Assembly (NCBI GenBank): GCA_027620495.1
Contig: JAQCEA010000008.1
Coordinates: 12,098-76,097, forward strand
Origin: Pseudomonadota bacterium
GTDB lineage: Bacteria; Pseudomonadota; Alphaproteobacteria; Puniceispirillales; Puniceispirillaceae
Length of the DNA: 64,000 nt
Direction: 5' to 3'
Shown: positions 1 through 8,922 of the stretch, in pieces
Layout of the letters: every line of letters begins with the position of its first letter
How positions within the stretch are numbered: position 1 is the stretch's first letter
Translations under genes and position numbers: made by a program
Notes under the pieces: generated by a model
Database searches by the model: none
What the model was told of the DNA's origin: nothing
The model's input: only the letters and a program-made list of their open reading frames with translations

Positions 1-950
1 TGACAGTGCTGATTAGCGGCGATAGCGGCACCGGCAAGGAATTAGTCGCGCGCGCACTTCATGACCTAGGTAGCCGCCGCGACCATCCATTTGTTGCTGT
101 TAATCTGGCCGCTTTGCCCGAAGAATTTGTTGAATCTGAACTATTCGGCCGGTCGGTTTCACGATCTAGCGAGGCCGACACTGCCCCACCCAAATTTCAG
201 CCCGGTAAATTTGAAATGGCTGAAGGGGGGACGCTATTTCTTGACGAAATCGGCGATATGCCAGCCGAAGCCCAGACCCGGCTGTTGCGTGTTTTGCAAG
301 ATGGGGAATATGTCTCGATTGCTGGTAACGGCACAGTGCGGGCCAATGTACGGATTATCGCTGCAACCAATTGCAATTTGCATCATTTGATGCAGCAAGG
401 TCTGTTTCGCGAAGATTTATTTTATCGACTGAATGTGGTGCCGTTAAGATTGCCACCATTGCGAGAACGAAGCGAGGATATTGCACCTCTGGTTGCGCAT
501 TTTTTAGCACAAGGTCGGGACGATGGTTTGCCGGTCAAAAGCTTTGCGCCCGAGGCCATCAAAAGATTAAAAGGCTGGCATTGGCCGGGCAATGTGCGTG
601 AGCTTGAAAATCTGGTGCGCAGATTAGCCGTGTTGCATGATGAGACCATTATCTCTGCTGAAGCTGTCGAGGCGGAATTATCTGCTGATGTGCCAAAAAA
701 TACGGTGCAGGCGGATAGTTTGTCGCTATCTGTTGAAACGCATATCAAGCGTTATTTTGACGCGCTAAACGGTGATATGCCACCGCTCGGTCTCTATGGG
801 CGCGTGTTGCGTGAAGTTGAAGAACCATTAATTGTTGCCACCTTGGCCATCACCCGCGGTAACCAGTTGCGGGCCGCCGATATTTTGGGGTTGAATCGCA
901 ATACCTTGCGCAAAAAAATCAAAGAGTTGAACATTAAGGCGGGTCGGTAA
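1..950 (+). CDS. ntrC: Nitrogen regulation response regulator NtrC, C-terminal part (5' end cut by window edge): AAA+ central domain plus Fis-type HTH
   Basis: ORF 6..950. Motifs: Walker A GDSGTGKE, Walker [39 protein letters not shown]-terminal [23 protein letters not shown]. Lies directly upstream of ntrY-ntrX. Confidence 0.85.
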   Translation, partial: TVLISGDSGTGKELVARALHDLGSRRDHPFVAVNLAALPEEFVESELFGRSVSRSSEADTAPPKFQPGKFEMAEGGTLFLDEIGDMPAEAQTRLLRVLQDGEYVSIAGNGTVRANVRIIAATNCNLHHLMQQGLFREDLFYRLNVVPLRLPPLRERSEDIAPLVAHFLAQGRDDGLPVKSFAPEAIKRLKGWHWPGNVRELENLVRRLAVLHDETIISAEAVEAELSADVPKNTVQADSLSLSVETHIKRYFDALNGDMPPLGLYGRVLREVEEPLIVATLAITRGNQLRAADILGLNRNTLRKKIKELNIKAGR

Positions 951-951
951 G

Positions 952-3138
952 ATGCGCGGTGAAACATCTCATTTTCAATCACCTTTCAGCCAGTTCAAAG
1001 GTTGGGTTAGCGGCGATCGGCTGGCCTATCTGTTGATATTGTTCACTTTGGCGATGGGGGCCATCACCGCCTATGTGCTGGCCAGCGTTGATTTTGTATC
1101 TGGTTATACTGATTTTCTGGTGCCGTTGCTTGGTATTGATATTTTGGCACTGGCGGTTCTGGCCTTGTTGGTGGGACGTCAATTTTGGCGGCTATGGGTT
1201 GAACGGCGGCGCCGACTAGCCGGGCATCAGCTTCATTGGCGGCTCGCCATACTTTTTGGTGGGTTGACTACCTTGCCAGCGATTATTGTGACCTTGTTTG
1301 CCCTGTTTGTTGTCGATTATTCGTTGCGTGGTTGGTTTGCCGAGCGGATTTCAACAGCGGTCAACGAATCTGTGACTGTAGCAGAATCCTATTTTGATGA
1401 ACATGCACGCTCGATTTCTGGCGAGTCACTGGCCATGGCCAATGATATCAACCGCGAAGCCTACCGTCTGTCTGGTAATCGCAATTTGATGGATCGTTAT
1501 TTGTCTGACCAGGCAAATTTGCGTAACCTGTCCGATGCGATCATTTTTGACAGCACCGGTCAGGTTTTGGCGAAATCACGTTTTGCCTTTGCCATCACAT
1601 TTGCCAATTTGAAAAATGCGTGGCTTGAACAGGCACGCGGCGGTGAGGTGGTTATTTTGCGGGCTGATGAAACAAATAAATTGCGCGCAATCATCAAGCT
1701 CAACAGTTTTGTTGATGCCTATCTTCTTGTTGGCAGATTTATTGATATCAAGGTGTTGCAGGCCATGGACAGCACCCGGCTGGCAGCTTTGGATTACCAG
1801 CAATTAGGATTTAAGCAGCTTGATCTTCAGGTGAGTTTTGCCGCGCTGTTTGGCTTTATTTTGCTGTTATTGCTGATTACCGCCTTGTGGTTTGGGTTGA
1901 ATTTGGCGACAGCCATTGTGGGGCCGCTCGGGGCGGTGATACAGGTGGCTGAACAGGTGCGTGGCGGTAATTTGTCTCAGCGTGTCCCGGACAATCTGAA
2001 TGTTGAGGAAATTGCCCAGCTAGGCGGGTCCTTTAACCGAATGCTCGATGAACTCGCGCGCAGTCGGCAACAGCTGGTACAAGCCAATTTACAACTGGAT
2101 CAACGCCGTGAATTTACCGAGGCGGTTTTGGGCGGCGTATCTTCAGGCGTGATTGGGCTTGATGCAGATGGCAAGGTGACCTTGCCAAATGCGTCGGCGC
2201 GGGCTTTGCTTGGCAAAACGGACGAAGAATTGATTGGCCATAATTTTGTTGATGTCGTGCCAGAATTTTCCGGGCTGATGAGCATTACAAATGAGACAAC
2301 GCGCCGGTTTGTTGAAGATCAGATTACCCTTGTGCGCGATACCCGGCGGACGATTTTGCGTGCGCGGGTGGTCAGTGAACGCATCGAAGGGCGAATTATT
2401 GGTTTTGTCGTGACGTTTGATGATGTCACCGATTTGCTAAGCGCGCAACGCAAGGCCGCTTGGTCAGATATTGCCCGGCGCATTGCGCATGAAATCAAAA
2501 ACCCGCTGACCCCCATTCAACTTGCCTCAGACCGTTTGCGGAAAAAATTCAAACCAAAATCAGCGGCTGATTCGGAACGATTTGAAGAATATGTTGATAT
2601 CATTGCGCGGCAAGTTGACGATATTGGCCGTATGGTTGATGAATTTTCAGCCTTTGCGCGGATGCCGCAACCGGTGATGGAGGCGGGATCGCTGTATGAT
2701 CTTGTTGCTGGCCAAATCAGGCTTTTTGAGTCCAAAAAACTCAAAATCTCGCTGGAAGTTGATAATGGTCAAAGCGACTATGTGATAATTTGCGATCCCG
2801 GATTGTTGCGTCAAGCGCTCACAAACCTGTTGCAGAATGCACAGGAAAGTTTGCTCGAACATCATGTGAAATCACCACAAATCAGATTGTTGTTGCAGGA
2901 GACTGATGAAGACACAATTTTAACAGTGAATGATAATGGGCCAGGGTTTCCTGATATGGATATTGCACAGCTTATAGAGCCTTATGTGACAACACGGCAA
3001 AAGGGTACCGGGCTTGGGCTTGCCATTGTTAGTAAAATCATGGATGACCATGCTGGGCGTATGGAACTTGGCGCGGCAGACGGTGGTGGTGCCAGCGTCA
3101 AACTGTCGTTCAAACGCGCGCAACCGGGCAAGGCATAG
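952..3138 (+). CDS. ntrY: Sensor histidine kinase NtrY (TM segments, HAMP, PAS, HisKA, HATPase)
   Basis: 728 aa. Hydrophobic N-terminal segments, H-box HEIKNPLTPIQL, N box LLQNAQES, G boxes DNGPGF and GTGLGLAIV. Position is between ntrC and ntrX. Confidence 0.9.
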   Translation: MRGETSHFQSPFSQFKGWVSGDRLAYLLILFTLAMGAITAYVLASVDFVSGYTDFLVPLLGIDILALAVLALLVGRQFWRLWVERRRRLAGHQLHWRLAILFGGLTTLPAIIVTLFALFVVDYSLRGWFAERISTAVNESVTVAESYFDEHARSISGESLAMANDINREAYRLSGNRNLMDRYLSDQANLRNLSDAIIFDSTGQVLAKSRFAFAITFANLKNAWLEQARGGEVVILRADETNKLRAIIKLNSFVDAYLLVGRFIDIKVLQAMDSTRLAALDYQQLGFKQLDLQVSFAALFGFILLLLLITALWFGLNLATAIVGPLGAVIQVAEQVRGGNLSQRVPDNLNVEEIAQLGGSFNRMLDELARSRQQLVQANLQLDQRREFTEAVLGGVSSGVIGLDADGKVTLPNASARALLGKTDEELIGHNFVDVVPEFSGLMSITNETTRRFVEDQITLVRDTRRTILRARVVSERIEGRIIGFVVTFDDVTDLLSAQRKAAWSDIARRIAHEIKNPLTPIQLASDRLRKKFKPKSAADSERFEEYVDIIARQVDDIGRMVDEFSAFARMPQPVMEAGSLYDLVAGQIRLFESKKLKISLEVDNGQSDYVIICDPGLLRQALTNLLQNAQESLLEHHVKSPQIRLLLQETDEDTILTVNDNGPGFPDMDIAQLIEPYVTTRQKGTGLGLAIVSKIMDDHAGRMELGAADGGGASVKLSFKRAQPGKA

Positions 3139-3141
3139 ATC

Positions 3142-4542
3142 ATGGCGACAGATATTTTAATTGTCGATGACGAGCGTGACATTCGGTCGTTGATCAGCAT
3201 GACGCTTGGGGATGAAGGCTATGCGACAAAACAGGCGGCTGGCGCCGCCGAGGCGCGGAATTTGCTGCTGTCAGAACCACCAAAATTGGCCATTTTGGAT
3301 ATCTGGATGCGTGAATCAGATATGGATGGGCTGGAATTGCTGGAATGGTCGAAATCGATCTATCCAGATCTGCCCATTTTGATGATTTCCGGACATGGCA
3401 CCATCGAAACCGCGGTTCAGGCCATCCGCAATGGTGCTTATGATTTTATCGAAAAGCCATTTAAAGAAGAACGGCTGTTGATGATGGTGGCACGGGCGCT
3501 TGAAAGCGCAAAATTAACGCGAGAAAACATCGAATTAAGGGCGCAAATGACCGATGGCGCGGCCCCAGAATTGATTGGCAAATCGCCTGTGATGCGTGGC
3601 ATCCGCCAATCAATTGATAAAATTGCCCCAACCGCCAGCCGGGTGCTTGTCAATGGGCCGAGCGGTAGCGGCAAAGAATTGGCCGCACGTTGCATTCACA
3701 ATAAATCAGACCGAAAGGACGAACGTTTTGTCGTTGCAAATTGTGCGCGTCTGGCATCTGAACGGGTGGATGCTGAATTATTTGGTTCAGAAAGCTTGCA
3801 AAGCCACCGCCGTGTTGTCGGGCTTTTTGAACAGGCGCATAAAGGCACATTATATTTCGACGAAATATGCGATTTACCATTAGAAACACAGGGAAAAATT
3901 GTACGGGCGGTCAATGAACAACGGTTCCGCCGAGTGGGCGGCAATACCGAAGTAGTGGTTGATGTGCGGGTGATTTCAGCCTCTAGCCGCGATCTTGCCG
4001 ATGAAATCAGCGCCGGACGATTGCGCGAAGATCTGTATTACCGGCTTGGTGTCGTACCATTGACCATGCCGCCTCTGGCACAGCGCCGCGAGGATATTCC
4101 GCTTCTTGCCAAACATTTTACTGCATTGGTGGCAAAACGGCTCGGGGTCTTGCCGTTTAAATTAAGCGATGAAGTTTTGGCAGCCATGCAGGGCTATAGC
4201 TGGCCGGGCAATGTCCGGCAAATACATAATGTGATTGAAACCATGCTCATTTTGGCTCCAACTGAGCGCAATGAGCCAATCGATCTAGATTTGCTGCCAG
4301 CAGAAATACACAATGTGGTGCGCTCCGGCGGCGAGTCTGAAATGGATACGCTGATGGGGTTGCCATTGCGCGGTGCGCGCGAAGAATTTGAACGTGCCTA
4401 TTTGGTCACGCAATTGCATAGATTTGACGGCAATGTTTCACGCGTGGCAACGTTTATCGGCATGGAGCGTTCCGCGCTGCACCGTAAGTTAAAAGCACTG
4501 AATATCGCCTCGGATTATCAGGAAGGGGAGCGTACGGAATGA
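3142..4542 (+). CDS. ntrX: Response regulator NtrX (receiver + AAA+ + HTH)
   Basis: 466 aa. Receiver ILIVDDE...LAILDIWM, Walker A GPSGSGKE, LYFDEICDL, WPGNVRQIHN, C-terminal HTH. Confidence 0.9.
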   Translation: MATDILIVDDERDIRSLISMTLGDEGYATKQAAGAAEARNLLLSEPPKLAILDIWMRESDMDGLELLEWSKSIYPDLPILMISGHGTIETAVQAIRNGAYDFIEKPFKEERLLMMVARALESAKLTRENIELRAQMTDGAAPELIGKSPVMRGIRQSIDKIAPTASRVLVNGPSGSGKELAARCIHNKSDRKDERFVVANCARLASERVDAELFGSESLQSHRRVVGLFEQAHKGTLYFDEICDLPLETQGKIVRAVNEQRFRRVGGNTEVVVDVRVISASSRDLADEISAGRLREDLYYRLGVVPLTMPPLAQRREDIPLLAKHFTALVAKRLGVLPFKLSDEVLAAMQGYSWPGNVRQIHNVIETMLILAPTERNEPIDLDLLPAEIHNVVRSGGESEMDTLMGLPLRGAREEFERAYLVTQLHRFDGNVSRVATFIGMERSALHRKLKALNIASDYQEGERTE

Positions 4543-5918
4543 AAATCGTAATTTGTGGCGCCGGGCTTGTTGGCAGTGCCATCGCCTCACACCTGTCCGA
4601 GGAACATAATGATGTCACGGTTATTGATGCCTCGGCAGAAAATATTCAGCGCCTCACTGATCATTATGACGTGCATGGTGTTGTTGGCGTGGCATCACAC
4701 CCAGACCGGTTGGCAGAGGCGGGCGTGCGTGACGCCGAGCTTTTGATTGCTGTTACCGAGTCAGATGAAATCAATATGGTGGCGTGTCAGATCAGCCATA
4801 CGATTTTTAATACCCCAGTCAAAATTGCCCGGATCCGCAGTAAAGCCTATCTAGACCCGGCCTATGCGGCTTTATATGGCAACGGCAATTTACCGATCGA
4901 TCATATCATTTCACCAGAAGCCGAAGTATCGGCGTCAATCAGCAATCAATTGCGTGTGCCGGGTGCATTTGATGTCAAGAATTTGTGCGACGGCAAAATG
5001 AACCTTGTCGGGGTGCTATGTACAGCCGATAGCCCCACCATCGGTACACCGTTGCGCCATTTGACCAGCCTGTTTCCAGATTTGGCAATGACCGTGTTGG
5101 CGATCATTCGTGATGGCGCGGTCATTTTGCCGCGATCCGGCGCAGAAGCGATGCAGTTAGGCGATCGGGTATATTTTGTATGTGATAGCGCGCATCTGGA
5201 ACGTGCAATGGCCAGCTTTGGGCATGAAGAAGATGAGGCACGTTCGGTGGTCATCGCTGGCGGCGGCAGTATTGGCATGATGTTGTCGCGTGAAATTGAA
5301 GCGCATTTTTCCAACACCCGTAACCAGATTATTGAGCTTGATCCGATCCGCGCCCGTCAATTGGCACAGGAGCTGGAAAATACCGATATTATCAATGGAG
5401 ACGCGCTTGACAGCGCTATTCTGCACGAGGCAGGTGTTCATACAACCGAGACATTTGTTGCGGTGACCGAAGATGATGAAGTCAATATTTTATCAGCTTT
5501 GCTTGCCAAAAGAACCGGGGCGAAACATGCCGTGGCGCTGGTAAATATTCCGGGCTTTGTTTCGCTTGTTGGCACGCTTGGTGTTGACGCCGTGATTAAC
5601 CCATCACAGATCACCGTTTCATCTATTCTCGAACATGTCCGGCGTGGCCGCATTCGGGATGTGCATCCAATTGTTGAAGACCTTGGCGAGGTGCTAGAGG
5701 CCGAGGCTTTGCCATCATCTTTGCTTGTTGGTAAGCCATTGCGAACAGCAAAAATTCCAAAAGGGGTAGCCATCGGCGGCATTTTGCGTGATGGTATGGT
5801 AATGGCTGTACGCGGCGACACGGTAATTGAAGCTGGCGATACAGTGATTATTTTTGTGATGCGTGGCAAAATTGCGCAGGTTGAAAAATTATTGTCAGTG
5901 CGGCTTGATTTTTTCTAG
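4539..5918 (+). CDS. trkA: Trk potassium uptake system NAD-binding protein TrkA
   Basis: 459 aa. Two Rossmann motifs (ICGAGLVGS and IAGGGSIG), each followed by an RCK_C-like segment. ATGA overlap with the ntrX stop. Confidence 0.9.
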   Translation: MKIVICGAGLVGSAIASHLSEEHNDVTVIDASAENIQRLTDHYDVHGVVGVASHPDRLAEAGVRDAELLIAVTESDEINMVACQISHTIFNTPVKIARIRSKAYLDPAYAALYGNGNLPIDHIISPEAEVSASISNQLRVPGAFDVKNLCDGKMNLVGVLCTADSPTIGTPLRHLTSLFPDLAMTVLAIIRDGAVILPRSGAEAMQLGDRVYFVCDSAHLERAMASFGHEEDEARSVVIAGGGSIGMMLSREIEAHFSNTRNQIIELDPIRARQLAQELENTDIINGDALDSAILHEAGVHTTETFVAVTEDDEVNILSALLAKRTGAKHAVALVNIPGFVSLVGTLGVDAVINPSQITVSSILEHVRRGRIRDVHPIVEDLGEVLEAEALPSSLLVGKPLRTAKIPKGVAIGGILRDGMVMAVRGDTVIEAGDTVIIFVMRGKIAQVEKLLSVRLDFF

Positions 5919-5980
5919 ACAAAAGCTGGGGCAAGCCTGCCCGGGTTAGACAGGCCGCCGCGACAAATGGGGAGGATGAA

Positions 5981-6241
5981 ATGGCCAGTGATAAGTGCCG
6001 TAATCTACAAGAAGTGTTTTTGAACAACGTTAGAAAATCGCATGTAGCTGTAACTGTATTTCTGGTAAATGGTGTTAAATTACAAGGCATTATCACTTGG
6101 TTTGATAATTTTTCGATCTTGCTAAAACGTGACCAGCATGTCCAGCTTGTCTATAAGCATGCCATCTCAACAATCATGCCAGTCTCATCAGTTCAGCTTC
6201 AAGAATTTGATGAAGAGGATTTTTCTGAAGACGGTGCGTGA
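5981..6241 (+). CDS. hfq: RNA chaperone Hfq
   Basis: 86 aa. Sm motifs [11 protein letters not shown]...[25 protein letters not shown]...[22 protein letters not shown] lies upstream of the ATG. Confidence 0.95.
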   Translation: MASDKCRNLQEVFLNNVRKSHVAVTVFLVNGVKLQGIITWFDNFSILLKRDQHVQLVYKHAISTIMPVSSVQLQEFDEEDFSEDGA

Positions 6242-6242
6242 T

Positions 6243-7088
6243 GTGACCGGGGCTGAACCGATAGGGCTGCCAGCGGTTAATGACGCGTTGCGTCCGCTTG
6301 TTGCCGATTACCTTAAAGCCGCTTCAGATGCGTTTATTTTGCCAAAATTTGGCAATTTGCAGAGCGCTGACATTGGCGTTAAAACCGGGCCTTATGACCT
6401 TGTCACGGTGGCTGACAAGGATGCTGAATTATGGCTGGCACCCCGGTTGCAAGAGTTGCAGGCTGGACATTGTATTGGTGAAGAGGCGGTCGCTGAAGCA
6501 CCGGAATTGCGGCATTATGCTGGCGATGGTTACGCATGGTCAATCGATCCAATCGATGGCACAAATAATTTTGTCAACGGCGTGGCTGATTTTTGTAGCA
6601 TGGTTGCGCTGATGTGGAATGGCGTGCCACTGCAATGCTGGATATGGTTGCCGGTCAAACAAACATTATATTACGCGGCGGCCGGGTCTGGTGCATATTG
6701 TTATCGTGATGCATCCACAACAGCGTTGCAGATTAGCCAGCCGCCAGTTGACCCGCTTGTGATGCGGGGGTCCGGCAATACAAAGGGCCTTGAAGAACCC
6801 TATAAAAGCGCGGTGCTAAGCCGTATGCGTACGATTGCTGGGCGGCATTATATTGGCAGTGCCGGTTTGCTGGCGACACGGATCGCCGAGGGGAAAGAGG
6901 ATTTTTTAATGCATGGCCGGGCAACGCCGTGGGACCATGCGCCGGTTGATTTATTATGCCGCGAAGCAGGTGGGCATGCCGCCATGATCGCTGGCGCAAA
7001 ACCATTTAATGCGGTTGATGACGGCCCGATTATGGCGGCGTCTAGCCTTGTTGGCTGGCAAGAACTGCACCGCCATGTATGGATTTAA
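6243..7088 (+). CDS. Inositol monophosphatase family protein (SuhB/CysQ-like)
   Basis: Motifs GEEAV and WSIDPIDGTNNFVNG. The track ORF opens at 6129 inside hfq. I place the start at GTG 6243 (or 6234), just at the hfq stop, so the start is uncertain. Confidence 0.72.
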   Translation: MTGAEPIGLPAVNDALRPLVADYLKAASDAFILPKFGNLQSADIGVKTGPYDLVTVADKDAELWLAPRLQELQAGHCIGEEAVAEAPELRHYAGDGYAWSIDPIDGTNNFVNGVADFCSMVALMWNGVPLQCWIWLPVKQTLYYAAAGSGAYCYRDASTTALQISQPPVDPLVMRGSGNTKGLEEPYKSAVLSRMRTIAGRHYIGSAGLLATRIAEGKEDFLMHGRATPWDHAPVDLLCREAGGHAAMIAGAKPFNAVDDGPIMAASSLVGWQELHRHVWI

Positions 7089-7114
7089 AAGGCAATAGCA
7101 AACCGATTTTGCGG

Positions 7115-7915
7115 CTATTCGCGGTTGGCTAATTTTGCCTCTTGCCATAGTTTTTCCATATCATCTAGCGTTGATTCTGATAATGATTTATTATTTAATT
7201 CAATTTGTTGTTCTATATAGTTAAACCGATTTTCAAACTTTTTGTTACAGCCAATCAAAGCTGTTTCCGGATCAATGCCAGCTTTGCGTGCTAGATTGAC
7301 CGCGACAAATAACAGATCGCCAACTTCATCTGTCAGGCGTTGTTTGTTTTGTGGTGTGGTTTCAAGTTCTGCTGTGAGTTCGGCAGCTTCTTCATGCATT
7401 TTATCAATGATTTGTGCAATGTCAGGCCAGTCAAATCCGACACTAGCGGCCCGTTTTTGCAATTTTACAGCCCGTTGCATCGGCGGCATGCCAACTGGAA
7501 TATCAGCCAAGATTCCATTTTGCCCTTTGGCGACGCGTTCGGCTTTTTTGATGTCCTCCCAAAACTGTCTTTGCTGGTCGACATTAGGTGTTTTTTCATC
7601 ACCAAACACATGTGGGTGGCGGTTGATCATTTTTTCACAAATTGATCGGGCAACATCTGCAAGCGTAAAACTGCCTTCTTCTTCGGCGATACGGGCATGA
7701 AACAAAACCTGCAACAGCAAATCACCAAGTTCATCACAAATAGCGGCGCGATCACCGCTTTCAATCGCATCAACGACTTCGTAAGCCTCTTCAATGGTAT
7801 AGGGCGCAATGCTTGCAAAATCTTGTTTCACATCCCACGGGCACCCGGTTTCTGGGTCACGTAACTTTGCCATAATAGAGATGAGGTTTTGAAGTTGTTT
7901 GGCTGTATCTGACAT
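7115..7915 (-). CDS. mazG: Nucleoside triphosphate pyrophosphohydrolase MazG
   Basis: 266 aa. Tandem MazG domains: CPWDVKQDF..EEAYEV..ELGDLLLQV and a second EEAAEL..EVGDLLF. Confidence 0.9.
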   Translation of the reverse strand: MSDTAKQLQNLISIMAKLRDPETGCPWDVKQDFASIAPYTIEEAYEVVDAIESGDRAAICDELGDLLLQVLFHARIAEEEGSFTLADVARSICEKMINRHPHVFGDEKTPNVDQQRQFWEDIKKAERVAKGQNGILADIPVGMPPMQRAVKLQKRAASVGFDWPDIAQIIDKMHEEAAELTAELETTPQNKQRLTDEVGDLLFVAVNLARKAGIDPETALIGCNKKFENRFNYIEQQIELNNKSLSESTLDDMEKLWQEAKLANRE

Positions 7916-8064
7916 GGCGGTGATGCTAGCAAAACTGACCGCTACTGGAAACGAAATTCGGCCAGCAGAGCAGGTGCGCAGATGGCCAAACTGTTATCTG
8001 GCAAATGGCATCTCTATCTATTGAAAGCGAATGCTAAAATGGTGTAAAGAGAGCAGAAGCAAGC

Positions 8065-8901
8065 GTGATGGCGCATCAACCCAAACGTCGCTTCATCATC
8101 ATGAACAGGATCGCTCGACCTATGACACAGACAAACACCACTCAAGACATCGCGAAACAGGGGCTTTTTGGCCGGGTCCGCGCGTGGTTTTTTACCGGCT
8201 TGCTTGTCACCGCGCCGGTACTGCTGACGGTCTATATCACTTGGGCGGCGATTAAACTGATTGATTCTCAAGTCAGCAAGCTTTTGCCCGGATTTGAGAC
8301 ATCTATTTTGGGCAATGTGCCGGGTGTCGGGTTGGTGATTGGTGCGGTTCTGATCACCTTGATTGGGGCCATTGCGGCTGGGTTTCTGGGGCGCTATATC
8401 ATCCGGCTTGGTGAAGCAATTTTAAACAGAATGCCTGTTGTCCGGTCAATTTATGGCGCCACCAAACAAATTTTGGAAACGGTTATTTCGACTCAATCGG
8501 ATGCGTTTCGAGAAGTTGTTTTGGTCGAGTATCCTCGCAAAAAATTGTGGGTGATTGGCTTTGTGACCGGCAATACAAAAGGCGAAGTTGCTGGCCGTAT
8601 TGCGTCTCCGATGGTCAATGTATTTGTGCCAACAACGCCAAATCCCACATCTGGATTTTTATTATTTTGCCCGAGGGAAGATGTGATTTTCCTTAAGATG
8701 ACCGTTGAAGAGGCGGTCAAACTAGTGGTGTCCGGCGGTATTGTAACCCCGCCTGATCGCAGTCAGTCTGCAACGCCGGTAACGCCTGTCGCGGCAAAAA
8801 ATAATGTTGGTAAAAAGCAGGCTATGAAAAAGGCTGCAGCCAAAAAGGCCGCCCCAAAGAAAACTGCCGCTAAAACAAAGCAAGCGCGGAAACGGTCATA
8901 A
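8065..8901 (+). CDS. DUF502-family membrane protein with Lys/Ala-rich C-terminal tail
   Basis: 278 aa. Two TM helices, then IPVVRSIY-like segment (MPVVRSIYGATKQ), EYPRKKLWVIGFVTG, VPTTPNPTSGFL. N-terminal start among several Met codons is uncertain. Confidence 0.7.
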   Translation: MMAHQPKRRFIIMNRIARPMTQTNTTQDIAKQGLFGRVRAWFFTGLLVTAPVLLTVYITWAAIKLIDSQVSKLLPGFETSILGNVPGVGLVIGAVLITLIGAIAAGFLGRYIIRLGEAILNRMPVVRSIYGATKQILETVISTQSDAFREVVLVEYPRKKLWVIGFVTGNTKGEVAGRIASPMVNVFVPTTPNPTSGFLLFCPREDVIFLKMTVEEAVKLVVSGGIVTPPDRSQSATPVTPVAAKNNVGKKQAMKKAAAKKAAPKKTAAKTKQARKRS

Positions 8902-8922
8902 TTTACCGATATTCTTGTGGGT

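Noticed and set aside
5438-5869. 143-aa minus-strand ORF inside trkA; likewise 23330..23818 (162 aa) inside the aldehyde dehydrogenase gene
   Set aside because: These are antisense shadows of strongly supported genes. No motifs were found.
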